Assembly (NCBI RefSeq): GCF_006345805.1
Contig: NC_042998.1
Span: 116,250,001 to 116,314,000 of the forward strand
Length of the DNA: 64,000 bases
Direction: 5' to 3'
Source of the DNA: Octopus sinensis
Taxonomy: Eukaryota
Notes under the pieces: model-generated
What the model was told of the DNA's origin: nothing
Databases searched by the model: none
What the model saw: only the letters and a program-made list of their open reading frames with translations
Part shown: positions 38,930-51,999 of the stretch, piece after piece
Layout of the letters: every line of letters starts with the position of its first letter
Position numbering within the stretch: the first letter of the stretch is position 1
Program-made: the position numbers and the translations under genes

Positions 38930-41181
38930 TAACTAAGGTGACACTTGTTTACTGGTCATGCTTCAAAAACCCTGCGAAGAATGTTTGAAGTTCCAAGCAA
39001 TGCTGATTTTTGTAGGTGTTCTACCTTCACATTTGCACATGTTGTTTTCATCCAAATTGGTAATTGAGTGCTGATACATTCAAGTGCGCCAGTTACTATT
39101 GGTATCACTTCTATTTTCCTCATTAATCACAAATTTCCTATTTCCTACTTCTTAATGTCGTACTTGTTCAGTTTTCCTTCTTTCTCTTTGATCCTGGTGT
39201 CAGCAGGACATGAAGGTTGATTATCATGCATGTTCTTTCTGTCTTTATTATTATTATTATTATTGTTGTTGTTGTTGTTATTCTTATTCTTATTGCTGTT
39301 GTTATTGTTGTTGTTTTTGTTTTACTTCTCAGAGCACTCTGACTTGTATGCTCTGATAGATTATGTAAGACCGGAGAGCAGTCTGCTGTCAGAAGTCTCA
39401 AAGGATCTCATTTTGTACATTATAAACTTTGATAACTGGTTGTTAATTATCGCGGGAGACATTCAGCATCCAATTACCAATCTCAAAATCTTAGCTGTCA
39501 GAGACGATTTTAGAGCTTGCTCTGCTCTCATGTCAATTCCGATTTCTCTGACATATTTCTCGAACCTTGCTGTTCGTGCTCTGAATGCCCTTAGAACTAC
39601 ATGAATGACAGACATTCACCTCATAGTCCAATTATTACAACTTCGTCTTTTAGTAGTCTATTCATTTCAATCTTTTCTGTCCAAGTGATGTCGATTTTTA
39701 CAATACAGCTAGATTGTATTGTTTCCAGATGTTTCTTCATGTTGGCTGGTATTGAAGCCAATGCTCCGATGACAACAGGGACAAACTTTATGTTTGTCTC
39801 TGTTGTCGTAGCTTCTACATCTTCGCGATATCAATTCTCATGTATCCATACTTATCAATCTTCTCTCTTTCTTAATAATATGTTGTTTTTTTTAGCACTG
39901 CTACGTCAGTTATTAGACATTCTTGGTAGTCTCTCAAAATGTTACTATATCCGGTCTTCTATGCTGTAATATCTTATCTGTTTGGAAGTTAAAGCCCTTT
40001 TCGACCATTACTTTTGCAGTGTATGTTGATACCAAGTACCCGTTACCTCGTATCCATACTTGCGGCTTAGCAGCCAGTGAATGTTTCGGGCTAACTTGTC
40101 GTGTCTGCGCTTGTACTCATTCTGCGCAAGACTTTCACAAGAACTAACAGAAACACGCTTTCGACTCTCTTCCCACACATTCTGCAGAGATTCATTGCAC
40201 TTGTGTGATATATATAATTTTTCACTGAGTTGGTGTACAATGCCTGGTCGGGCAGCGATGATCAGACTTTCAGTATTCCTTTTCAGGTCACCCCTGCTAA
40301 GCCAGCTCTATGATGCTTCTTGGTCATTTAAATCGCTAGTTCCACGGTGGAACTAACCATGTCATCCGATGCGGAGCAGCATTTCATCCCTCTCGTTAGC
40401 TATCCGTAATCGGAATTCATTAGCATTCTCAAGTCCGTTCTTTGTAAATCCTTCTGCATTAGCAGCATCCTGTAGCATGTCTTGTTTGCTCTTTACAAAA
40501 TATTCTAGAATGTTTTTTTCTTTCACTGTTAATGTACTCTCCTACGCTTATTAGCCCACGTCCACCTTTACACCTCTTCATATACAGCCTGTGTACATGG
40601 ATTGTCATTGTCTTTCGGGTAGTGAGATCCAGTTGGGAAAATCTCCGCTTTTGTCCGTTTCAGGATGGGTGCACTATAGCGGACTACATTGACAGTCCGT
40701 ATGTTGATGGAATTCGCAAAGTTCCTTCAGCTGAGTTTTGATTTCAATAGACGTTTGAATATGTAGTGCTGACCTTGTCATTCATTTCTCTGTGCAAGAT
40801 ATTGAACCCAAAGTACATGCACCTATCATCATTCGGATCTTCCATTCTCTCTCCGTTTCGCAATTTTATTTGTCTACAACCTGCTCTATTTTGCCGTTTC
40901 AAAGTGAGCACTGCACATATCGAGATACCGAATTTCATCCTTATAACCTTGCGGCACATCTGCACAGTCTCAACCAGCCTCTCCATTTCAAAATCTGTTT
41001 TTGCGAACAGTTTCAAATCATTCCTAAAGAAAATGTGGTTAAAATGAGGTTCATTCTTTCTCAGCTCATAGTGTGCGTTGACTTTGGGTAGGACTACAAA
41101 AAGAGGGATCAAGGATATAATACTCATCATCATCAGCATCATCATCATCATCATCATCATCGTCGTCGTCGTCGTCGTCAC

Positions 41182-41214
<33 letters not shown>

Positions 41215-42560
41215 TATTACTTAATTGTCTTTGCACAGTTTCTAGCGTTGGATATGTACTACGGTGTCACCTGTTCACTACCAGTGAACTAAAGTAATAC
41301 CCCTTCATTGCCGTGCACCATCCGGCGTATTCGAGCGGTTCCAAGCAGTGCTGTTATCTGCAAGTGTTCCACCCTTATTGCAGTCCCTATTTGTTCCATA
41401 TATTTTTCAAGATTGTTACTCTCTTTTCTTTCCTCCTTATTTGCATACCTTGTTGTCAGCTGGGAATGCTATATCTATCATCCAACATCGTTTGTTTTCT
41501 TTCTCAATTAAGACTATGTCTTGTTTCCTATTCTCTATCTCATGTTCGCACTGAATCATAAAATCCCATAGGATCTTTGCATTATCATTTTCGATGATGA
41601 CTTCGGGTTTATGATCGTACCACTTGTTTGCTCTGTCAAGTCCATACTTGTTGCAATGGACACTCCTTGTTTTATTGTCATGACGTCTCTTATATTCTTT
41701 ATGGGCTAATGGCGTACATTGGCTTGTAATATGCCATACGGCTTCAACATTTTGTCCACAGATTCTGCGTTTATCACTTTCTGATGTGTTGTCTATTCTG
41801 TATTTGATGTAATTGGTCCTTAATGCTTGCTGTTGGGCAGCACAGATTAGAGCGTTCGTGTCCGGTCTAAAATCACCTTTAGTCAACCATAGTCATCTTA
41901 TTTCACTATCCGTCTTATCTTCAACATCTCTATGAAATTGTCCATGCATTCTTTTCTTTATCCACCTATTTTCCTTTTCATTCATTCTCAAGTGCTTGTA
42001 AGTGCTTTGTCTTTGTAATCATCCACCCTATACGAGCCTGACCATCTTACTTCTAATAATAGCGTTATTGTGGTATTTTTTATATACCATGCTACATTAT
42101 TTACTTCTGTCCTAATGCTGTCTTCGCTTCCACTCAGTTTCCTTCTTGCTACATACAGCCTGCTTGTGTTACTTTTTAGGTGGAGTATCGCATATGTAGT
42201 TAGCAACTTCATTGTCTTTCTGTCTAAGCTGCTTAGTTCACCTGCTGTCCATACGATTACACCTGCTCCATATCTATGTAGTGAAACGACCTAGGTGTTG
42301 ATAGCTTCAATCTTATTCCGTCTGTTTAATTTCGACTTAAGAATCAGTCTCAGTCTGCGCAAGAACTCCGCTTAATTTTTTCTGTCATTTCTTTCTCCAT
42401 CAATTTATCCATTTCTAATATTATAGCCCATCTCTTTTATCTGCTTCATCTTTACCATAAATTTGAGGTCATCCATGAATAACAAGACTTTGCTTTCCCA
42501 GCCTTTGCTTTTCCCAGAATCAGTCTTAGTGCTATCAGGTACAGTACAAAGATCAGTGAT
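38930..42560 (-). mobile_element. Cluster of restriction-like-endonuclease non-LTR retrotransposon fragments (R4/Dong-like): 38930-39243, 39600-41120, 41218-42560
   Basis: LFMDDL / NDLKLFAK RT motifs, QQQALRTN, degenerate CCHC (RICGQ..HITSQC), RHD, KILWDF, RRPDI/RKQDIV, IDIAFP, PIVTGAL, LQKSALLGT. Pieces are separated by (ATT)n/(ATC)n. Confidence 0.85.
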
Positions 42561-42598
42561 CAGTAATCACTGACCCCACTGATTATTATTATTATTAA

Positions 42599-42636
<38 letters not shown>

Positions 42637-42642
42637 TATTAT

Positions 42643-42692
<50 letters not shown>

Positions 42693-44053
42693 TCTTTTCT
42701 ATTTTTCTTAATTAACGTAAAAAAAATGACTGTATTTCCGCCTTCAGAATTATTATTAATCAGCTACATTACAGCTTGTTTCTCATCAGCTTACTTCAAA
42801 AACTTAGACAGCATATTAAACAAAGATGCAATTACTGATGAGATTGCAAAGGAAAATCGTATTTTGTTTATATTTTTTACTAAATGGCAATCTTCATTAT
42901 CTTTTCGACTATTTATTAAAAGAATGACCTAAAATATCTATTTTCAAAGCACGTGTTGTTTCTTCTGGTGCACAACTGTAAAACAAGGATATTATATTCA
43001 AAAGGTTTTCGGCAGTCTTGAAGTTTTAGCAAGATTATTTCCGGCGAATATTTCACTCACACAAACAAAACATGCACATAGAGTGTGAGAGAGACAGATA
43101 TATAGATGTTTGCACAAAAATACATACATATATATATGTGTATGTGTGTGTCTGTGTGTTTATACGTGTTTGTATATAGTTATGTCTGTACGTGTGTGTG
43201 TTTTCATGGATGTGTGTATATGTGTGTATGTAGGTTTCCACGAACGTATGCCTGAAACATATTCGCAAATTAATTATATTCCTGTATAATGTTAACCGAA
43301 TACCTATTATAAGGAACCCCATATGGATTCGAGAACACACCATATTTGCCTTCTAATCCACGAGACAAAACGCATGCACACACACACACACACATAAACA
43401 CATAAACACACACACGTGCGGGCGCATACATGCAAACACACATACAGACACACATACGTGTGTGTCGGTGTGTATGTTTGCTTATATATGTATTTCTATA
43501 TTTATATGTATTGTGTCTGTATGTTTATTTCCGGTATGTAACAAAGAAAAGATAACCGAAATAAAATATAATTAATAAGCAAATTGCCTTTAAAGGTTTC
43601 AAATGTTTTAAAATTATACAACATTGATAACGCAATTTTTTCTAGCTTGGCCATTCATGGAAAAATTCCAGTGCTTATAATTGGCTATAATCCCAGTAGG
43701 GGTAGATAATAAAAACATCAAAGCATGTGCAGCCATTAAAATATTGATTTTATGACTATAATTTGCGTCATAAACACATTGTCAAAGAGAAACGAATTTG
43801 AATATAATGTTATCTAGAAATAAATGCACTTAAACTATTTTTTAATCAATGCAATACATGTATGTGTAAATTTTCTCTTTTACACTCATATACATATATG
43901 TATGTATGTGTGTACCTAGACTATATATAACGAAGCTGTAACGTGATTAGCAATCATCAAGACAATAACAGTCAATAACAAAAAGCACTCTGAGCCCAGC
44001 AATGCTATATGATTCCCTACCTTTGCTTTTGTGTTTGTGTGCATGCGTGTGTT

Positions 44054-44150
<97 letters not shown>

Positions 44151-44863
44151 GTGACTGTATGTTTGTGTGTGTGACGGGGTATTTCATAATAATTAAGAGT
44201 CTGAAATAAGAATGCTAACTAAATAAATTTCAATTATATAAACGTGTGCTCATGTATGTGTGTGTGTTTGTATATGTGCAAGGGAGAGAGAAGCGCAACA
44301 TGTAACATAGAATGATATTTCCCCACTCCTAGTTGAATCTTAACACCGTTCCTACTCCAATTTTCTCACTTTCAGTTATTAGTTGAGTTGACATAACGAT
44401 AGAAGAAATTATAAGAACAAAGCTATTGACGCGTCCGTATTCTTGAATTTCCCCAGTTATCTTCGATGAGTTAGCATTGCTTTTTGTAAAATTAGAATTA
44501 TGTTTCTGTAATATGTGACTATGTAATGACTGTGGTTGTATTTGCAAAGAAATGTTCGCTTAAATTGTTATTTATGCAATATAGGAATAATAACAAATAT
44601 GGTACACATGTGTAGTAAAATATATTATAAATGCAGAAAAAATGCATGTATGTCAAGCGATCTGTGTGCGCCTTTAAATATTTGAAATGTATACCTTGCG
44701 GTAAATATGCTGGAGCTCTGCACTATGAATTGCAGTGCCGCCGAAATTATATTCGTTTCATCCCTTTGGCAGATATCAATTTCTAATATTCAAATACTAC
44801 GATCAATGTCTCCTTTTCTCCCATCCTGTCTCACACTCTCTCCTCTATCTATCTATCTATCTG

Positions 44864-44939
<76 letters not shown>

Positions 44940-47517
44940 CTATCTATCTATCTACCTGTCTGTCTGTCTGTCTGTCTATCTCCCCTGTTCTCATAATGGG
45001 CTACGTTACATTATTAGAATGTGGGACCACTGTCAATATTCCGTTGTCCAGAAGAATAAGTGTTTAAGCGAAAGACTAGGAATCTCTAGACAAAAGACTA
45101 ACAAAACCGATAGGCTAATAAAGCCGTCAACCAATGATCCAGTGCGCATGATTTCAGTAAACTGAATGTAAAATCGAATTTTGAGTGAAGAACAATTGGT
45201 GTAGGCATACATCAGTTGCTATGTTCAGTGCAGTTGATAATGTATACAATCTAGTAGTAACTGAAATGGTCGTTTTAGAAAGTTATTTCCAATGCAATAA
45301 TTTCATGTCGAATTCTGAAAAAGTTCCTCAAGATATCAACGCTTGGTGATGAAAAACAAGTTGAATAATTAGATTTGAGGTACAATTTTGTGCACCACAT
45401 GCCCATACTTTGTGTAAGTAAACCTATATAATTGGTGATATTTTGTACAAATCTAGAGTGTTTACGAACCTCCTGTGAGGGACACTATCGAATGTCTTGT
45501 AGTAATCTATCCAAGCAGTACTATGATTATGGCTTTTAGAGAAGTTTTCAAGTATCATTCGGTTAAACACGAGTTGATTTTTGCAGCCATAGGAATTCCA
45601 GTGCAGCGATTTTGCTCTAAAGACAGAATGTAGTGTTAGTCAAGAAATTGGTCTGTGCGTTCCGATAGTCGGTACAATGATCAGAATGATGGAAAACATA
45701 CATTTGCGGAATTAATCGTGTCCGTTTCTCTTGTATATTTAGAGGGTCATTATGACAGTAAAAAAGAAAGCACTCTTTCTCTTCTTTGCGAGTTACTAGC
45801 AAAACGCTTAACTAAGTAGTTAATTGATTATTGATCTCGTTAATCATTCAACCAATTAATGAAATGATCAATTACCTCATCATGGATGAGGTCACACATG
45901 GTGATGAAAGGACTCTAACGAGCCGAGCACATGGATTAATTGATTGACTATGCAAAACGAATAAGCAAGCAGTCGATTAGTCATTTGGGTAAGAGTGTTA
46001 TTAGATAAATAGTAATGATTACAAATTGAAATATGACAAATGCCTGCAGTTATTATTGGCATAATGACAATCGCGAAAAAACAAGATCTGTTTCAAAAAA
46101 CGATTTTCTTTAATTTTTCGAGCAAACACGAGGACCAAATATATATAATACAATATTACATGATGATATTTTGCAGTTATTTTGGGCAATAGTTTTCTGA
46201 TCTAAGACAGCGATATTTTTCTTTATTCTTTCTTTGGATAGATTCATCTGACTTTGACCATGCATTTAATCGTTTTGTTATTGTTGTATCAATGTTTTGT
46301 TGCTCAATTCTGAAAATGGCTTCTACTGTTACTTACTCGTCTCCCTGGCAACTTTATGTCGTAATAATATTTTTTACATTTGTTTCATTACTACGCGTTA
46401 GAATCTGCCTTTCTTGTATCTTTCTTTGAAGGTGATCTTAGTAATTCTCTTTTCTCATGGCATAAATCTGCTCTCCTCTTGTAGACATTCTAAAACAATT
46501 TAACAACTGGTGTAGACAAATACCTTTCACTGAAAATATAACTTTCATTTTATATTTGCAGCATTTCGCATTTGTGATGTATTGCACAATTCACTGGTGT
46601 GATCTAGAGGAAGGCATTATCTTCATTAGTTTCTTTTTTCAACTTCCAAATACCTCATCTGGCAGCTGACGATATTACACCTGAACAGTTTACAACAGCT
46701 CAAATATTTATACCCAATAACTTATCTTTTGTACTTAGCGCAGTTTTAAGTATTTACGCGTTGCCACTATAATATAACTTGCATATAATAACTTTCAATC
46801 GTGGGTGTTGTGCACTGACGAATTTAGTTATTCCTCAGTATGTTTATATGAGGATTGTTTTCTGACTGTTTTTTTTTTTTATCTTTAGCGCACTTGATGA
46901 ATTTTGGGAAACTGAATTCTACGTGATTTAAAGCGTGTACTTGTATCACATATATAACAGAATATATATTTTTGTTTGAAACGGACAATATAGCCTATTG
47001 ATGAAAGTTAATTACAATAAGAAAAAAGTATTTGAATATATCAGTAACCTTGACACACGCATCAGCATGTACAAATAGTTACCAAGAAAACAGTTATATT
47101 TTCTATTTGAATGTTTAATCCACTTTTTTGTTAATTGATGTAATATTTGATTTATTTGCTCCATATTTCTATTTCTGATTGATAGAAGGTTCAGTATAGC
47201 CGATGTGTACACATATGTGTATATGGATATGCTATTGGGACACGTAGTCTATCAGTTAGGGTATTCAACACAAAATTGAACAAGACATTTTCTTTCACAT
47301 CACTCTAGTTAGCTCAGCTGGCAAAACTAGTAGTACCTGAATTGTAATTGTCTAATGTTGTCACATCATGGGTCACCCTGAATCACCCTGAGAACTATGT
47401 TATGTATTATTATGTTTGTGGGTGGATGTGTGTATATGTATATGCATGGGCAGCGTAAGGATAGCAGTACGGGTAAATGTAGGTATGTTCTCCTGAATAT
47501 CTATGTTGGTGTGTATG

Positions 47518-47603
<86 letters not shown>

Positions 47604-48047
47604 TGTGTGTAGCATATATATGTATGCATCTATATATATATAATCAAATGCGGCGGCTAGGTAGCAGAGCTTCATAAAAAAGGAAAACAATAAATGTCAT
47701 TGAATATGACACTGCTAGAAATAAAGGCTAAAGTGCTTTGTTGCTACTGTCAACGCACAGATAATTGTATACCTATATGCCGGCAGCGACCGTAGATGCA
47801 CGGAAATTGGAGACTGATATCCCTGTAGTGTACGGTTTCAGATTTATACATACATACATACATACATACATACATACATAAATACATACATACATACAGG
47901 CATACATACATGCATACATACATGCATGCATACATACATGCATATATATATGTGTGTGTGTGTCTGAGTACGCGTATATGTATACGTATGTTTAGATTTA
48001 TGGGTTTTTGTATGGATATATGTGCGCATGTGTAAATGTGTATACAT

Positions 48048-48106
<59 letters not shown>

Positions 48107-48199
48107 CAACAATTGAGGGTAAAATTAATTAATTATTAATCAATTTCACCAAGTATTCAGTATGTAAAGGGACCATTTAAGGCGAATTCAAATTATTAC

Positions 48200-48645
48200 A
48201 TTATATAAAAGGGCTTAGTAAATAAATTACTTTGCCACATACTGAACTCATTAGAAATAGTAGCTAAAAAAACTTTTTTAAAACTATTTCTAATACTTAA
48301 AGAAAATCTCTCTCATATAGTGTTTGCTCAATTCAACTCACGAAAGTATGGGGGTAAAGACATTAAAAAATCAAATGCAAAGGTTATTTGCAAACCAAGG
48401 AGTTCTGAGCTGATGATAGAAATGTCGAGTTGACTAATCTTGAAACGTACGTTCTCAAATAACCTTTGCATTTGATTTTTTAATGTCTTTACCCCCATAC
48501 TTTCGTGAGTTGAATTGAGCAAACACTATATGAGAGAGATTTTCTTTAAGTATTAGAAATAGTTTTAAAAAAGTTTTTTTAGCTACTATTTCTAATGAGT
48601 TCAGTATGTGGCAAAGTAATTTATTTTACTAAGCCCTTTTATATA

Positions 48646-48647
<2 letters not shown>
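48200..48647. repeat. Large near-perfect inverted repeat: arms 48200-48390 and 48456-48647, 65-nt spacer
   Basis: Arms match by eye apart from a 1-nt indel; the insert is flanked by (TA)n. Confidence 0.95.
48406..48457 (+). ncRNA. Type I hammerhead ribozyme in the palindrome spacer
   Basis: UGAG-CUGAUGA-UAGA..GUC-GAGUU-GAC..UCUU-GAAA-C-GUAC-GUU-CUCA: canonical core, stem I UGAG/CUCA, palindromic CGUACG stem III. Confidence 0.78.
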
Positions 48648-48680
<33 letters not shown>

Positions 48681-48717
48681 ATATATATTATATATATATA
48701 TATGTGTGTGTGTGTAT

Positions 48718-49635
48718 AAATTAAAAAATGCACTAAAAACGCAATAGAGGACAATAAAACATTCAGACATATAGACAAAATAAAGGCGGATAGGAGAAAG
48801 AACAATTAGAAAGACAGAGGAAAAAAGACGGGGCATTTTTTGCCTGCTTTCATCAGTCAAGTTTACCAGAATCTGCACAGCTTTGGGCAGTTACACTTGA
48901 GACATTTCGATCTGGATGCCCCCTAAAAAAGTCTAAGCTAAGGGCATAAGATCGTTTTGTAAGAAAGCTAGTGAATGGGTACGGCAACTAAGACAAAAAT
49001 GACAGAGAACATGGTAAGCAATTACATATACAAACAAAAAGAAAATAACAACAGATGTCTTTCAATTGAGAATGAATGAAATTGAGCTGCCGAATATGGA
49101 GATGGGCATAAGAGGTGTTGGCCGTCGGCAGTCAGGTCAAGAAAGAAAGATCATGGCTGGCAGGAAACCGGTCACGTGGATGGGTAGGGGCAGCGGGATT
49201 AAAAGTTTAGAAGAAAATCAGAGACAAAGGGAAAGGTACAAGGGAGATAAACAGGAGGAAGGGAGAGAGTTAAAGAAAGAGATGGTCAAGAAATGTGAGA
49301 AAGAGAGGGAAACGAGAAAAAGAAAACAGGAGAAAGTATGAGTAGGACTAAAAAATAGAGTAAGGGTCGTACAAAATTTAGATACATACCTACTATAAGC
49401 TGAACACGAGTGTGTACGTACGACACAATATGTATACATAAATATTGAAAAAATTGTACAAAAACGCAATGCAGAGAATACAGGGCAATAAAATATTCGG
49501 ACAGATAGACCATATGAAGTTGGACCGGTGACACAAAACTTAGGACAGGATAAAAAAAAAAGATGGTCATTCGTGGCCTCCTTTCATCAGTCAAGTACTG
49601 TTTCGAGCAGTTAAATTAGAGAGAGGTCGATCTGA
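48718..49635 (-). mobile_element. Insert with two diverged direct repeats (48718-48865, 49440-49597); probable tandem PLE-type terminal repeats
   Basis: Shared AAAAACGCAAT, CAATAAAA.ATTC.GACA.ATAGAC and CTTTCATCAGTCAAGT. Flanked by (TA)n. Confidence 0.5.
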
Positions 49636-49669
49636 TTATATATACATATATAATGTGTATATATATATA

Positions 49670-49746
<77 letters not shown>

Positions 49747-49776
49747 CTGTCTGTGTGTGTGTGTGTCTGTGTGTGT

Positions 49777-49815
<39 letters not shown>

Positions 49816-50578
49816 TTTGTGTTTGTATACATATATATATATATATATGTTAGAAGGTTTGGAGATGATGTACATGTATTATATATTAGAAGAAATAAGG
49901 TACTCAGAAATCTGTTTCATATTTACAGATTCTTTTATTGATATGTTACATATGTATATATATATATGTATAGATATATTTGTGTGTGAGAATATATATC
50001 TGTGAGTGTGTGTATCTATGTATAAATATGTACGTATATTATACGAGAGAACTGAATGTGAATGTTTGTGACCATGGTGATAAGTAGTCTTGCGAGCAGG
50101 TACCATTGTATTTACGGTACTTTATAGAACCGTTTCATAGCGAATTGACCACACCCAAAAATTCTTTGTGTGTGTATGTATATATGGATATATGTCAATG
50201 AATACGTCTATATGTATAAGCATCTATATGTTCCTCTGTGTGTATGTATTTGTAAGTTCCTATGCTTTTGTATATACATGTTTATGTGTGTATATGTATG
50301 TGTGTGCACGTCTCTCTATATATATGCTTATGCCTAGGTATATATATATATACATGTATATCCGGAGGGGGGTATTAGTGTTGGTATGCATGCGTGTATG
50401 TTTATAATTAAACACGCCCTATTCAAACAGTGAATAAGATACTCTAAAATATGAATTTGAAAACCGCTTTTAGGCAAGAAACTCCTATAAGAGACAACAT
50501 TTAAAATCTTATAAACATCTAAGTATTAAAGTGGCAAAATCGTCACTCACAAAAGCCATTTCTTTTCATTTTCCCCAG

Positions 50579-50666
<88 letters not shown>

Positions 50667-50669
<3 letters not shown>

Positions 50670-50683
50670 CGGGAAGCTTTATG

Positions 50684-50720
<37 letters not shown>

Positions 50721-50826
50721 CGGGAAGCTTTATGAAGGCAGGTTTACGTAAATAAACAAAAGACGAAGGCAGGTTGAATACAAACAAACAATTGTATTAG
50801 TATGGCGCTCAGGAAATATAAATAAA
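50667..50826 (-). mobile_element. PLE extreme 3' end fragment with its terminal ~17 bp duplicated
   Basis: Reverse complement closely matches 10203-10295. TAACGGGAAGCTTTATGAA occurs twice, separated by (TA)n. Confidence 0.8.
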
Positions 50827-50914
50827 TATATATAAAATTTGTGTTCACTTAATAGAAGAAAAGAAAATGGTGATTTTAAAGTCAATATTTATTTATTAAT
50901 AAATAGATAATTCT

Positions 50915-51007
50915 TACTTCCTACAGCTGTTTCCATTTGTGCTCGTTAAATAAATTATAAATTACATGTGTATTTATAACATATGTCAAAATATCACCAG
51001 GAAAAAA
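50915..51007 (-). ncRNA. Degenerate type I hammerhead with long AU-rich stem II
   Basis: UUUC-CUGGUGA-..-GAAA-C-AGCU-GUA-GGAA; A6>G core change; palindromic ACAGCUGU. Confidence 0.55.
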
Positions 51008-51999
51008 GATATACAATAAAATATTACATGTTGACCTCTTAATTCATACCGACTGTCGAAATATATGAAATTATTTTAGTTTTATTTTTGTGTGTGGGTG
51101 AGGTTAAATGGATTAATTTGAATATGGGTAGGAATAAAGTAAAATAAATAACAAGGTAGAATAAAATGAAGTTAATATCATCAATTTATAAATAAATGAT
51201 TATTAACTTTCAAATCTCCATTTTCTTTTCTTCTATTAATTGAAGACGGATTACATGCATAATACATATCTTCAGTTAGAGAAATTTTAATTCTCAAAAA
51301 TCTTAGGTATAGAACCAATGCTTTCTTGGATGTAATCATCCCTTTAAGAGGTGAATATATCCCGTATAAACACACACATACACACACATATATGTATATA
51401 TATATATACAGAGAGAGAGAGGCAGAGAGAGAGAGAGAAAGAGAGAGAGAGTGTGAGACAGACAGACAGACAGAAAGAAAGAGATAGAGAAATAAATATA
51501 AAGATCGATAGGTCGTTAACCAGGCAGCTATCATGTACAGGGCATCGACCGGGAATTTGAAAATTTCATTGAGTTGCTTCATCATAAGCTTTAGTTTTGT
51601 TAAGCTTACTAATAGTGGGCTGATTATCAAACGAAGAACTCTTTGAGACAATAATTGCTATGTTTTACAATTCTAGATACTATAGATACTATAGTCAAAC
51701 TAAGATTAATTCTGAATGTTTAGTTGAAGCAAAACAGTTTTCCCGTTCTAGTTCTGGGAAATATTTCTGCGTTAATTCCACTGTCGTCACATTAGATCCC
51801 CCAGTAGAATCTTCTAAGATGAAGTGTCTCAGGGCAGTGTGAAAGATATTGTTAATACCGCTTTGTCCCTTCACCATGAGGAAACTGCTTACCTCTGTTA
51901 CTAACCATACGTTTGTTGTTTTTGCGTCTCTATTTGTCTGTGTGCATGTCTGTGAGTGTGCGCAAGCGTTAAATCGAGAAAAATATTGTAACCGTTAGT

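Noticed and set aside
46337-46489. Minus-strand exon candidate with TTTAG acceptor and GTAAGT donor
   Set aside because: All three frames contain stops and no family motif is recognisable.
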